From assembly GCF_006345805.1 (NCBI RefSeq), contig NC_043004.1, positions 21,700,001-21,764,000 of the forward strand: a DNA stretch of 64,000 nt, in the 5' to 3' direction. The notes beneath the pieces are model-generated. The model did no database searches and was not told the origin of the DNA. It saw only the letters and a program-made list of their open reading frames with translations. A program made the translations under genes and the position numbers. Positions 38,501 to 52,327 of this stretch are shown piece after piece. Positions within the stretch are counted from its first letter, which is position 1, and every line of letters starts with the position of its first letter. The DNA is from Octopus sinensis. Its lineage: Eukaryota.

Positions 38501-38901
38501 GAGCGACGAAACCGTTCTGCACGCACTAGTGCAATGTCCAACCATTTCAGACCTGTGGGCTTATGCCGAACTGCTGCTGTCACGTGTGGGATGAGTCCGC
38601 CGATCGGCTGAGTCCATCGTGAGAATTGCTCCGTCCCCTTCCCTCAACCGGGAAGGCAAGGCAGTTTTCATCGTACTGGTGGCCATGGTGAAAAATGTGT
38701 GTGGTGGACTCGAGCGAAAGGATTAGAGACAAACACTTATCTCTTTGGCCAATCGCTCATCAACTTTTTCAAGTACCACTTGAAAAGGAAGGTGAGAATG
38801 GAGAGGGAAGTTTTGTCTCGCGAAAGATTAACAAAAGATGGGTGAATGTTGCAAAGATGGTGCGTACGAGTGACGAAACCATTTTGAGCATGATCCTGTA
38901 A
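35506..38901 (+). pseudogene. LINE ORF2 (APE, RT, C-terminal CCHC) with stops and frameshifts
   Basis: MLKIGSINVRGL, ISETRL, VYAP, GDWNA, SYLDRVF; KSPGLDGLP, FRPITLLNAD, DQSKAFDRVDH, SVRQGCPLS, YADD; CPRCGQSDETVLHALVQC. Confidence 0.93.
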
Positions 38902-39203
38902 GTCGTAAAAAGAGAGAGAGAGAGATCATTTTGCTCTCATGTGCTTATTTCCTCCCTGACTGAGGTTCCCGTGGTCTTTTCTGTAGGCTTTTCTTCCCAC
39001 GGATGAACCCAATCTTGTTTTATCAATGTTTTTTTTTTAAAAATGTTCCTGTGATACACGATTCCTTTTTTTTTTCCTCCTCTCGATCCCTTTTGATCGA
39101 AATCTCACATTTATTTTCCTTTTTTCCACCCTTCAAAATAAAAGCTCTACATTTGTATTTGTCCTCTCTGTATTCAGCCCTGTATGGCTAATAAAAGAAA
39201 GTT

Positions 39204-39239
39204 TATCTATCTACCTATCTATCTATCTATCTATGTATG

Positions 39240-39307
<68 letters not shown>

Positions 39308-39338
39308 ATCTATCTATCAATCTATCTATCTATATATC

Positions 39339-39383
<45 letters not shown>

Positions 39384-39421
39384 ATCTATCTATCTATATA
39401 TCTATCTATCTATCTATCTAC

Positions 39422-39486
<65 letters not shown>

Positions 39487-39535
39487 ATCTATCTATCTAT
39501 CATCTATCTATCTATCATCTATCTATCTATCTATC

Positions 39536-39617
<82 letters not shown>

Positions 39618-39641
39618 GTATCTATCTATCTATATATCTAT
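39204..39641. repeat. (TATC)n array, right flank of the LINE
   Basis: Direct reading. Confidence 0.98.
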
Positions 39642-41172
39642 TTGCATCCATATCTGTGTGTACGAATATATATGTTGATATATGAGTGTCTCTGTGGGTT
39701 TATTTTCCTGCCTGGAAGTAATATATATGAATACATATATTTTTACTGATAGGTCTAATTACTATTTCTCTCTATCGGAGTAAACCTATCCTTATACACA
39801 CCTCATTATTGATCTTAATCTAGTTATAGGATGAACTCCTGAATTTCAATTTCCATATACTTGCTTTCTCACTTGTAATACTTTTCTATGTATATGCATA
39901 AATATAATTGCTTTTGCAAACTAACTTGCACTTCATATTTGAGGTTCCGAATAATATATAAGGTGTTACTCAGTCGATTAAATATGGGTCCACTGCTTCC
40001 TATTGCAGAAACAGCAGTAAGCTAATAAAGTTCATCAGATAATCGGTTATTCCTTTGTCATCTAATTTTCTTACCGCTTGGTTCTGAAGCATTGTATATT
40101 GAGTTCTACACTAAGCGATATGTGTGTGTGCTTTTGTGTGTGTGCGCTTGTGTGTGAGTATGTGTGTGTGTGTTATACATTATACATAAATGCATTTGTC
40201 AGCTGATTCCGTTATAAATCTTCACTTAGCAAATAAAGAATTATTATTATTATTAGTAGTACATTCGCATAAATATTTCGCGAAAGATTTTCAAATTATG
40301 CATTTTTGACTTGTAGAGGTGAACATGTTTACTACATTACAATACACACTGTATCATTGCAACGATCATAAGGAAAACCGAATTTAAATAACATTACGTT
40401 CCAACCAACCGTGGCTGATTGGATATAAAGTCTGCGTAGAGGAATTGCAACAACTTGTGAAAAATTCTGTAATTTAATATGTTGGACTTTCTCGGGGCTA
40501 TATTAATTTTACTTCTGTCAAATATGTCCTACATAGAAATTATATGACAATAATTGCTCAGTATATTCACAGTGATATACACTTCATCGAACTAATTGTA
40601 TATTATTATACTGATATTCTGTCAAAACAATCTGTCAAAATAATAAATCTCCATTTTTGAAGTAAAATATACGCAGCCTTTCTAAAGTGAGAAATCTTCT
40701 GAAACACAAATTGATATGTTTAGATATAACATTCTTCACAGACCTCTGTATATGGCTAAATGAATTAATCTGTGAATTATCGAACATTTTACCAGATAAA
40801 TCCAGTTCGGTTCCATTTTCATATTTCAAGATAAACGTGATAATCAATACGATGTGAGTTGGTGCGCTAATTAACGTAACGGTTTCTAATTAAACACTAC
40901 AAGGTTTAAATCTTATACTTTCAGTGAATATAGTTACTGCAATAGAATCTATTATTTTATAGATACGTTCTCAGAATTACAGCGAATATACATAGAGCAT
41001 TAATTAGAAGGATTCTAAAAATGAGCATAGAAGTGTGAACATTTGAATTAATATATCATTTTCTAAATATGCAACAAGTCTGAAGGAAATAGCAAATAAA
41101 TCTTCATCAAATCCCATATCATCGTCATAAGTTTAGCGACAACTCTTTCGATAATGTCCTAAAGGTTTCGAA

Positions 41173-41267
41173 TTATATGGGGTGATCACAGTCGGAACAT
41201 CTTTGATCAGATTTTGATTTAGGGTCAAACACTGGCACTGCGGCCATAATCACCGTCACCAAAATTG
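41173..41267 (-). CDS. Candidate terminal coding exon of an unidentified gene
   Basis: Acceptor tatacttctcttttcag, then (phase 1) ILVTVIMAAVPVFDPKSKSDQRCSDCDHPI*; no homology recognised. Confidence 0.25.
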
Positions 41268-42587
41268 CTGAAAAGAGAAGTATAAATATTTGAAAGCCTC
41301 CTACTGTTTGATTTCATTCCAGTAAATTATCGCCACTTTGTTTAACAGGATAGATGATGTTCTGGTTGGGGAATTTCTACATCGATTTAATATTGCCGGC
41401 TCCCATTTAAAACTAAAGAAGATTACAATCAACCAAATAAGTCGTTTGTTCTCAATGATGAACCATAATTTGTTTTACCTTAACTCTTTGAATATTAGTA
41501 AAATATGAAATAAAACCGAAACACGTAATTTCCTTCATATTTATATTCTTTATATTCATTATATTAAACATGTATAACTCAGTGTGGTAAGTGACATGCA
41601 TTGGAATTACATAGACAAATACAGGCAATCCAAATACCATGAGGCTCAGAATTTCGATTTAACAAAATTATTTCCGCTCTAGATGATGTGTCATAATTAC
41701 AAAATGGCAATTAAGACCAGCTATATATGAGAAGGTTATATTATTTTAAGAATGAAACTCCTCCAAGCTTTACATGGTATTAAGTAGTGAGAGCCGTGAA
41801 CAAGTGATATTCCTCATTGGAAATTCTCAGCGCAACTTTAGTCAAACTTAACTCCAGTACACAAGGGTCTCAGACTTAGTCATATCCAAGGTAATTTGCA
41901 TAGTTTAACTAAAAATGAATTGCCAGCAGAATGTATTTAAACAACATTGCCAAATAAAGGAATATTGAATAACCAATTACATGATTAATTAAGATTATAT
42001 TAATAGAAGGAGTGATTAACTTCAGAATCGAGTATTCTGCAAATCTGACATGCCATTAAGGAATATGATAGAATGGTTGTCCGGAAATAGTGAACACCTA
42101 TTCACTATAATACCTGTAGTGTACTATCAACTATTCAGAGAATTTGGTAATAGCTGAGCTATCTGTAATAAAGTTCAAAACCGTTTCCAGTTTGTTTCTG
42201 GTGATATGCAGAACGGATCCTCCAAATTGAGTTTTCTCTGCATCGTATTAGCTGTATCTATGCTACTAAAATATATTGAGCACTGTAAACTTTCTAGTAG
42301 ATTTTAGTTAATAGATCGGTGTAACTCTTAATCTTCTCAGATCGTAGAAAGCTATAGTGAGATTTCTGGTCATAAACTCTCACTAGTCTTTTTCAGACAT
42401 TGTGATGTAGTTTGCACTATTTCAAAAGAGAAATTTAAGTAATATTTGATTCCAATTTATTGCAAGGTAACTAATTCTCTAGAGATTTCTTAGACGACTC
42501 ACTCAGAGGGAGGAAATATTTATTGGCAACAAGGAATGAATACGCTTGCCATTCTTGCCTTCCTCAAACAATATGGCGTTTAGAATA

Positions 42588-42662
<75 letters not shown>

Positions 42663-42666
<4 letters not shown>

Positions 42667-43855
42667 CTTGATCGACCAGTCAGTCGGGCGACTATTTGAC
42701 ACCACAGGTCACAGCACGCTGTCCACTCCTCACTGGATCGCGCCTTTCTAATCCACGCGATCCCAATCGTCCGCCGGAAATCGTAAATCCACGTCGTGGA
42801 GGCCTTCCGAGTGGTCGTTTTCGCTCGCGCGAGTACCACTCGACAGCTGCGCAGATCCACCGATTATCGGAGAGCCCATCTATACTTGTTGCGTGTATAT
42901 TCTGCGATGACATCCCTCACGTCGGACTTCTCTCTGGTGACCTCGCTACTGATGTGCTCTCTCAACGAGACACCAAGCATTGACATTTCCAAGGCTCTTT
43001 GAGCTTTTACCAGTCTCTGCTCTTTTCTCTTTGTTGTAGCCCATGTTTCACTACCATATAATATTGCAGGTAGAACTGTGCTGTTGATGAGGTTGGCACG
43101 GGTGGTCCTGTCCAACCTTCCCCTGAGCACATCTCTTATGCCATTAAACGCCTTCCATCCTGCCCTTACTCTCCGTGAGATCCCCTTTTCGATATCTCGG
43201 CACATATTCACTTCCTGTCCCAGGTCGACATATTCCTTTACCTCCACTATTTCATCACTGCTGATCACCATTCGACCTGTTGGTACGTTGTCTGACCGCA
43301 TGAACTTCGTTTTCATGCGATTCATCTTGAGACTTACTGCAGAGCTTTTGATGTCGAGCTCCGTCAGCATGGTCTGAAGCTGATCCGTGGTTTCAGCGAT
43401 GATTACGATGTCGTCAGCGAAACGGAGGTGGGTGAGGAGCTCGCCATTGATGTTGTCACCGCCTTGCCAGTCGATGCCTCTGATTATCTGCTCTAGACAT
43501 GCGGTGAAAAGTTTTGGAAGATCGTATCTCCTTGCTTCACTCCCTTCCCGACCGGCACTCGTACGGGTGATGACAGCAGAGCTATGTCGGTGGTGCAGCC
43601 GGAATTTGCCTCCCTGAGCAGTTGCACATATTGCGCCTCGACTCCGTGCCTCTGCAGCGAGTTCAGCACTGCGTTGGTCTCGACGCTATCGAAGGCCTTC
43701 TCATAGTCTACAAACGCAACGCAAAGAGGCAGCTTGTAATCATTCGCTCGCTCAAGCAGTTGTGTTACAGTAAATATATGGTCCATCGTACTGTAGTTTT
43801 TCCGGAAGCCGGCTTGTTCCTCGGTTGTTGTTCGTCGAGATGACGTGATGACCTG
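42663..43855 (-). mobile_element. 5'-truncated RTE-clade LINE
   Basis: EQAGFRKNYSTMDHIF, FVDYEKAFDSVE, GVKQGDTI, HLRFADDIV (FADD at 43410-43421), LYGSETW; (TA)n on both sides. Confidence 0.93.
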
Positions 43856-45700
43856 ATATATATATGGAATGTATGTATGTGTGTTTATTATGTGCGTGTA
43901 TATATACATATTTAGTTTACTGTTCCGTTTAAGTAAAATTTTTAAAAATCGCCATTCAGAAAAAATAAATATTTATAAAAAAATATATAAAATAAATATA
44001 AATGCATATTTACAAATATATACATGCATATATATGTATATGGACACACGTGCATACAGGCAAACACACGTACGCACGCGTGCGCGTATATATTATTTCT
44101 ATTCTCCAGCACAAAGTGTCAAATACGGATGCAATATTTAAATACAACTCATAATGTAAGCTCCACGAATTAGTAAATTCCAAATGATTTTGCACAATCT
44201 TTATGAATATTCATTCACTCAAAACAAAACATAATCGTAAAATCGTGTAAGATTTATAAATTATCAGTATCTACTGCAAATTAATAAAGGTTAGCATGAG
44301 GAATGTCGTTTATGAAGTAGATCCAGAGCTGTAAACTATTCATCATTTTGAGTTTAAAGAAAATATACTGTTGAGAAGATACCCACAGTATATTACCTAC
44401 GCATAACACCTTGTGTCAGTACATATGGGAAGCTATGTATTTGTTCTAATACTATATAATCTTGCAAATGGTATATAGTGACTTTAAAATGTTTCGATTA
44501 TCTAGTGAAGTAAACATCGTAAGGCGTGTTCAAAGTCAACAAGCAAAAGTAAAAAGATAACTCAAATTGAAACGGTTGCTCGAAATTTTTAGTTGACGTA
44601 TGCCGCGTCAATTTACGGCTGATACGCGGAGAGTACAGACATATATCTTAGTCTGTGTATGATGGCTCTTAGAAGAAACATAATTGTAGTCAGACATTGG
44701 AGTATTATGGAATTGTAAGTTCATTGGATTTCTATGAGCTAAAGAAGGGCAACTATACTCGGTAGAAGATATTTATATTATATATTATTTATTTTATATA
44801 TATGGTCCCATTTTTTAAAATCTTTTCAGCATTTGCTCTCTTAAAATATTTACCTCGTAAGAATATATGTTTGACATAACTTAATATTAATTAGATATTC
44901 ATCACAATTGTGTAATTATACATTGGGTGGTGCTTGTCTTAATGAAACTTCAAACGAATACAATTAAAGCATGAACTCCATGTTAAATTTACTCTGTTAA
45001 ATTTATGCTTTTCTGCTAAATATGGTGGTCTTAAAGGTCATTTTAGCCAGTTGTGTATATGCATTCAGATCGATCTCACTCGCATTGCGGCACTGTGACT
45101 CTTTCTCTCTCATACGCACATGCCCGTGCGCGCGCACGCACACACAAATAGAAGGTGTTCGGACTAAATTTAACAGTTTGCACAAAACGAGGTATTTTAA
45201 CAACTCAAAAATATCAACCAGATTAATACGGGGAGATAACATTTCACTCAAAGTACCCGCATTCAGCATTCCAACATGGCCTCAAGACGGCTCAGGAACC
45301 TAACGCATTCGTTTTGCAGGTAGAGAAGCTGGTGTTTTTCTCAAATATGCCCTACACATCACAGTGTAACAAATCGGTCGTGCCCCAGCATGGCCACAGC
45401 TTTGAGCTGAAACCGATAAAGCAAAAAGCGTAGTTATCCATGAAACGAAAATGGGAGGAATTAGGAGGTCAGAAATTGGGCTGGTAGAGTCGTGGAAATT
45501 ATCTGACAAATATTTCTAACTCTTCCCGGAGGTATGACAAATATTTAAATCCATCCTGCTACCACATATTTGACCTTCCAGCAGGAACCGTCCAGCCAGA
45601 GATTGACCATAGTCTCCATTGGACATTGTAGTCTCCATTGTAGCTATCTATATGTCTTCTAGTATAGCCTCGAGCCAACCTAAGAAGCCCCCTGTATATA

Positions 45701-45886
<186 letters not shown>

Positions 45887-45937
45887 ATAGATATAGGTAT
45901 ACATATAGGTATAGATGTAGATATAAGTGTGTGTGTG

Positions 45938-46149
45938 TAGGGTGGCCCAAAAGTAGGTTTACAGTTATTCAACTGTTTCTTTCGCATTCATATATTAACA
46001 GTTTAGAACTTAATTATTAAAAAATTTAAAAGCATTATTCTATGCAAATTCAACTAATTGTAAGATAGAAACTTAAATGCAATTAAATGTTTTAAAAGAA
46101 ATTTGAAGTGACTACGGGATAACTGTGAACCTACTTTTGGGCCGCCCTG
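45938..46149. mobile_element. Tc1/mariner-type MITE
   Basis: 32-bp TIRs (45938-45969 and 46118-46149, 4 mismatches); right end ccctg|TA. Confidence 0.88.
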
Positions 46150-46158
46150 TATATTTGC

Positions 46159-46210
<52 letters not shown>

Positions 46211-46244
46211 ACATATATCTTTATAGATATATATATGTATATAT

Positions 46245-46450
46245 CTAGGTGCATGTGTGCGTTTGTTCCTCCATCACCGCTTGACAACTGGTACTAGTGT
46301 GTTTATATCCCCGTAGGCTAACGGTTCGGCAAAAGCTACCGACAGAATAAGAATTATGCCTAAAGAAATGTCATGGCTGGTTCGGCTAAAACCTTAAAGG
46401 CTGTGCTCCAGCATCGCCGCAGTCAAATGACTGACTGAAACAAGAAAAGG
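46245..46450 (+). mobile_element. SINE 3' half
   Basis: caccgcttgacaactgg...ccagcatcgccgcagtcaaatgactg. Confidence 0.8.
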
Positions 46451-46514
46451 TATATATATATGTGTGTGTGTTTGTATGCATGTGTCTATGTATGTATGCG
46501 TGTCTTTCTGTGTG

Positions 46515-46545
<31 letters not shown>

Positions 46546-46800
46546 GTGATGGATTCTCCGTCGAAGACGTTTATAGTGATCAAATGTTCGTGACGCACAT
46601 TAGCTCAACCCCTCCATCAAATCAACGTTGCCTAAAGAGGTGCACCGTGTGCCACGTGTCAGGTGTGGAGGTGATCGCAGAGCAGCGTGAGATCAGTGTT
46701 TTGCTCAAGAATATTACGCACCACCCGGTCTAGTAATTGAAACCACGATCCCGGAATCGTGAGTGCAACAGCGCTCACTATTAGGCAATGAGTCATCATA
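46546..46800 (-). mobile_element. Diverged tRNA-headed CORE/Meta-like SINE
   Basis: Minus strand cacgattccgggatcgtggtttcaattactagaccggg...ttcttgagcaaaacact resembles the 4808 element. Confidence 0.6.
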
Positions 46801-49540
46801 CCCCTACACAGGCACGCGCGCGCGCGTACACACACACGCAAATGCGTGCTTCCACTTATTTTCGATCAAATCTCCTGCGAGTTAGAATGGGCTCATTCGT
46901 TTGAGTAAGATATATTTGGTCTGATGAGCAACTAGCTGAATACCCCTCTTCCGAGGTTCTGTTAGCTAGGAAATATATGTAGCCTGCATTTTACCTCTCC
47001 ATTCACTAAATTTTGATTTTTATTCGCGTACACAGCAATCCCAGTTGCTAACTGTGATCTAAAAAATAGCTTATCGAACTTCGATATAGGAAAGATCTAC
47101 AACCTCTACGTCAATAATCCACTATTGTTCCTAAAGCTTGTTTATTATACCTTCTACAGTCTACTCGAAGCTTACTAACTACCTACACCTTGAGACTTGG
47201 ATCTTATCTTCATATATATATATTGCTGGTAGGGGCACTTTTTTCGTTTTAGCAATCATGGTACACTACCAAGTATATTACTAGATTCATAAGTCGCAAC
47301 TTTCAGTACTGGCACCAAATTCTATAGAATATATGTAGAAAGATATGTGTGTGTGTGTATGAGTAAGGGAGAGTATGTGTGTGTTTGCGTGTGTGTATGA
47401 ATTGCACTTAATTGACAAGTCACATATGAGACATTATAATGATATTCTTTCTTTTATCTATATAATTATTATCTATATTCACAAAGATTGTGTAAAATCA
47501 CTGCACCTGTACTACTAATACATAAGAAGCTGTTTAGAAAAATACCATTATAAAGTAATTATAGAACTGTCTAAATGAACAATTTAGAAATGCCTGAATG
47601 CTGAAGGAAACTTTTAGAGAATCCAAATCCGAAATATTTTCATGTACATCTGCTTAAATCTGATCATTACTTGACACAACATGTTTAACCCACCAAGCAC
47701 CTTCGCTAGAAATAGCCATATATTGTCTCACCACTTTCAGACTTGTGCATGAAAAATGGAAGGCAGCATTGTGATATTGCTACATAAAAGCTGGTATAAA
47801 CTTGGTTTCTTGAACTCGTTTCACTACTGTTCTTTACATTTAGCTGTCTCACAAGGCTAAAGCGCAGAAACACCCCCATCCCCATTATCCAGCTCATTGA
47901 ATACGTGGTCTCCGATAACTCGCATTTTATCGAAGTTTATTAATGATACACAGATTTAAAAATTGAGATCTTTGAAACTACATCGTTAATTATCATTATA
48001 TTTTCGAATTCTCTTTTATTTCATTATATGTTAGCTGTTCCGTTCTGATCAGTGAAAAAAAAAAAAGAAACACTGCTCCCACTCTTCTCCAAATCAAAAT
48101 ATCATTATATCAGTTTTGTATAAAGTGAGATCCAATGATAGAAGGCATAGCTATGAAACGTCAAGCAAATAAGATTTCACACGAGTTATCACACTTAGAT
48201 ATGATAACTAAATCAATTTTCATATGAACACATTTTATATCCCCAGGTAGACGTTTCCTACACCCTTTGATATCGTTTCTTCAAAAGACTCGTTAGATCA
48301 CTTAGCTAATTAGAAGGTGATTAAATGTTAGCCATAAAATATCTTGCTCACCTATCTTTAACGAGGACTTTTGCTCAACCGACAACAGTTGCTTAATATT
48401 ATAAAAACAGTAATCATGTTCATTGGCCTATTCCACTGATACATACAGGCAGACACACACACATACACACACACACACATACATAAGTATATGTATAATA
48501 TATATAATATAGAGAGAGAAAGAGAGTGAGAAGTCTGACAGACAGAGGGAGAGAGAGAAAGACATAGATAGATACGTGTATATTTTCATATACATATGTA
48601 TATTACTATATGCGTACACATAAATATGCTAATTACATATTTATCATTACATATTTATTGTATGTGTGATAAGGAGAGAGAAAGATACCAAGAGTAGATT
48701 AGATTTGTGTCTGTTTATCTATTATAACAAAATAGACCAGTATGTGTGTGTGTGTTCGCTTTTCAAGCAAAAGCGGCTGTGCGAATTGCTTCCATGCTTG
48801 GGATGCATGAATAATTTGACCTTGGATACATAACAGGGTCATCAGTTTATTATTTGTTTTGTTAAAAATAAATTATATTGCTTTATATATATAAATGATA
48901 TTGCTTTAGAAACGTTTCGCAATGTCAACTTCCAGTATTGACGTTGCAACAGCTAAACGTTCCGTTTTCATTTGCGAAATTTCTCACTCTCTATTTTAAT
49001 GTTTTCATTTCAAGTTTTAATTCGCTATTTCTAAAAAAAAAACTACGATAAATTACTAGGAGAAATATTTACTAATTTCACAAAGTTAAATATTCGGTAC
49101 AAGTTTCTAACGTGCTTTTATTTTTACGAGTATTTCATTTCATGTTTATTTCATTTATTTCTTATATTGTTTTCTAACCCCTTTCTCTCTCTCACACACA
49201 CGCACATACTCCAGGTTTGATTTCGTTCCTACACAAATGTCACATTAAAATTTTGCAATTCAACATGGGGTGTCCAAAAGTATATGGGTATTCTTTCGCT
49301 TGAACACGCACACTTCTTTAATTTTAGTAAAAATCTTTTTATTTATTTACTTTTTGCGCTCGTGTTCAGCTGTGTGTATTTGTAGCCAGTCACACACGCT
49401 CACGTGTGTTTTGTATCTGATTGTATACATTTATGTATCTGTGTGTGTTTGTGTGAGAGAGTGAGTGAAGGGGTATGTTGTCATGTATGCGTACCTACAT
49501 AAATACATAAATGCAAACATCTTTTTAGTATCTATGCGTC

Positions 49541-49571
<31 letters not shown>

Positions 49572-49706
49572 CAGAGTGATGTCTAAGTGTCGCTCTCTCT
49601 CACACACATACACACACACACGCACACATACATACAAAAAGATATATGCTTATTTATTTATGTACGTATACATGACATCGCATGCCTTCACTCGCTCTCT
49701 CTCTTC

Positions 49707-49740
<34 letters not shown>

Positions 49741-49796
49741 CGTCCATTTCATCTCATGTTTGATACTGTATGTATGTGTGTGTGCGTATGCTTGCG

Positions 49797-51053
49797 TGCG
49801 ACGTTCCACAATCGCTAGAAAAAAGCGGAGGAATTTTCTTTCTTGATGCATCTGGGGGCACAAGTAAAACATTTACACCATCATTGCTTCTCTCCAACGT
49901 AAGGCAACAAAAAAAAAATTGCAGTTGCTGTAGCATTGTCTGGCTTTGCTGCTACCATCTTAAATTACGGCTAAACCTGGTCACAAATGACAGTCCAATT
50001 TGTAACATAAGCTCAGCAGAAATGTTGTGCCAATGCCACCTTATCATTTGGGATGAATACACCATGTCACATAGAGGTGCAAAGGAATTTCTTGGTAAAA
50101 CCTCACAGGATATAAGAGGCAACAATAAATCTATGGACGGAGTTACATTAGTTTTATCAGGAGTCTTCAGACAGACATTACTGGTCATTCTGATATGAAC
50201 AAGATCTGATGAAATGAAAGCATGCATTAAGTCTTCACACATATGGAATATAGTACTGAAATTGTCATTCAGTACTAACGTGCCAGTTTCATTACATGGG
50301 GATCAATGTGCAGAACAGTTTTCAACCTGGCTCCTCCTATTAGGAAATGGGAAAGTACCATTTGATGGAAATAGGGATGTCAGTTTGACTCATATTGCTA
50401 TTATGGTGAATCCCCAGCTGAGTTGAAGAATAGCGCATTTCCAGACTGAAAGTAATAATTATAGTTGACATAAATGGTTGTGTGAAAGGGTAATTCTTGC
50501 TCCAAAAATGAGAGAGCAGCAAGGATTGACCATACATTAACAATTTAGATTCCAATAGTCATTAAGGAGTACAAATCAGTTGATCCAGTCCATCATGAAA
50601 ATCAAACTGACTATTACCCAACAGTGTTCCTTAATTCTCTTGAGCCACTTAGAACTCCCCCACATAAACTTTTCTAAAGGTAGGAGTCCTAATAATATTT
50701 ATAAGAAATTTAGATCCTCCTAAATTATGCAATGGGATAAGGTTGATTGTGAAGACATTATCACCTAATGTGACAGACTCTACCATCATCACTGGATGTG
50801 CCTCTGGGAAAAAGGTTTTCATTCCAAGAATACTAATCAAACTAACAGACATGTCATTTAATTCAAGCTGAACACATTTCCTAGTTCGATTTTGCTTTGC
50901 AATGTCTATTAATAAAGTTTAAGGTCAGACTTGTCTATGCTCAAAGCCAGAAAACAAAGAATATTGTTTACCCAAAAGCTCTTACGTAATTTCCTTCAAC
51001 ATATGTGATAGAATTTATCTCCTTACATAAAAGTGGTAAATTTTGTATTTTCG

Positions 51054-51111
<58 letters not shown>

Positions 51112-51305
51112 TATTATTATTTTTATTTTTATTATTATTATTTCGTATTATGAATTCCGAATTGATTTCCTAATTAAAGAATAAATAGTATCCCAATTGA
51201 AGAATAAATTAAATTTACAAATTTCTATAACACAAATTTTGTTTTTTTTCTTCCAATATATAAGAAACAATTTCATTCCCGGGCAACACCGCGTGCCACT
51301 GCTAG
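49797..51305 (+). mobile_element. Helitron PIF1-type helicase pseudogene and 3' terminus
   Basis: GGIFFLDASGGTSKT (Walker A), LIIWDE, LSGVFRQTL, WLCERVILAPK, NLDPPKLCNG, FAMSINK, KTKNIVYPKAL*; terminal GC-rich hairpin-like motif and CTAG|T at 51302-51306. Confidence 0.9.
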
Positions 51306-51539
51306 TTTTATATATTTGTCAGCTCATTAAATATTAAATTTAGATCGCACGTTCGAGTTTGATAAAGTGAAATATGCGAAGAAAATGAAAGGATTTGAAA
51401 CCTATAAATAATCAAAGAAAGACGTGAAGTAATTAGATGATGCAACCAGTATTAATTAAGATGCAATGTAATTATAGCTGGCTAAATGATTTGAAATATG
51501 CTTCGTATATTATAACATAAATATTGAAGTGTTGTATAC

Positions 51540-51792
51540 ACGTCATCATCGTCGGCATCAATGTCATCAGTTTCGTTATCATTATCATCAACGTTATCAT
51601 CGTCACCTTCGTCATCATTCTCATCCTCTTCATCATTATTGTCAGCATCGTCATCCTCATCGCCGTTGTTGTCATCCTCATTCTGATAGTCGTCATCATT
51701 TCATCCTCATCATTATTGTCGTTGTAATCATCCTCATCATCATTATCCTCCTCCTCCTCATCATCATCATCATCTTCATCATCATCATCACT
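51540..51792. repeat. Degenerate (CAT)n trinucleotide tract
   Basis: Direct reading. Confidence 0.9.
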
Positions 51793-52192
51793 AATATCTC
51801 TTATACTTGTGTTCTTGTTAGCTTTGCACTTGTCGCCAAATAGCACTGTGGTTTCTATTTATGTACCTTATAAGTGTTAGTTACTATGTCTGTATCCACA
51901 CGTTCTTTTCACATTGAATTCCATCCCTACAAAGGAATTATCTTGACTTTTTGGTTTCATTTCACTTATAGCGTAAAACTGACTTTATCTTTTGTCTTAG
52001 ACTGCGTCCATGTTGACAATCCTATCTGAATTTCCCTCATTACTTATTTATGCTTTAAAACCTGGTACTTATTCCATCGTTATGTTATTCCAACCCACTA
52101 AGTTACAGGAATGTAAAGAAACCAGCACCGATGTCAAGCTGTGGTAGGAAGACAAACGCAGACACATGGAAACACCTCCATATATGTGTGTG

Positions 52193-52327
52193 TGTTATGA
52201 GGATAATGATAACGTGAGGAGTGGTATGTGCGAGTCGTTACAAATACTGTGACGTGAAAAGTCGAGAAGTCGGTTATATATAGTTTTGTCTTTACTTGTC
52301 TAACTAACTATACCAACAACAACAACA
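52193..52327 (+). repeat. 5' LTR (diverged)
   Basis: Starts tgttatg; shares actgtgacgt and the 22-mer tgtctttacttgtctaactaac with the 3' LTR; right boundary approximate. Confidence 0.65.

Larger units (their letters stand above)
32861..39203 (+). mobile_element. Near full-length Tx1/L1-type LINE, disrupted
   Basis: 5' UTR, ORF1, ORF2 (APE-RT-CCHC), T-rich 3' UTR, AATAAA at 39190-39195; the 5' boundary lies somewhere in 32861-32945. Confidence 0.9.

Noticed and set aside
39204-39641. CRISPR-like or coding repeat array
   Set aside because: Simple (TATC)n with no unique spacers; eukaryotic context and no cas genes.
51472-51846. Acidic D/E-rich or His-rich protein ORF
   Set aside because: Degenerate (CAT)n tract that is open in most frames, with no flanking domain or splice support.
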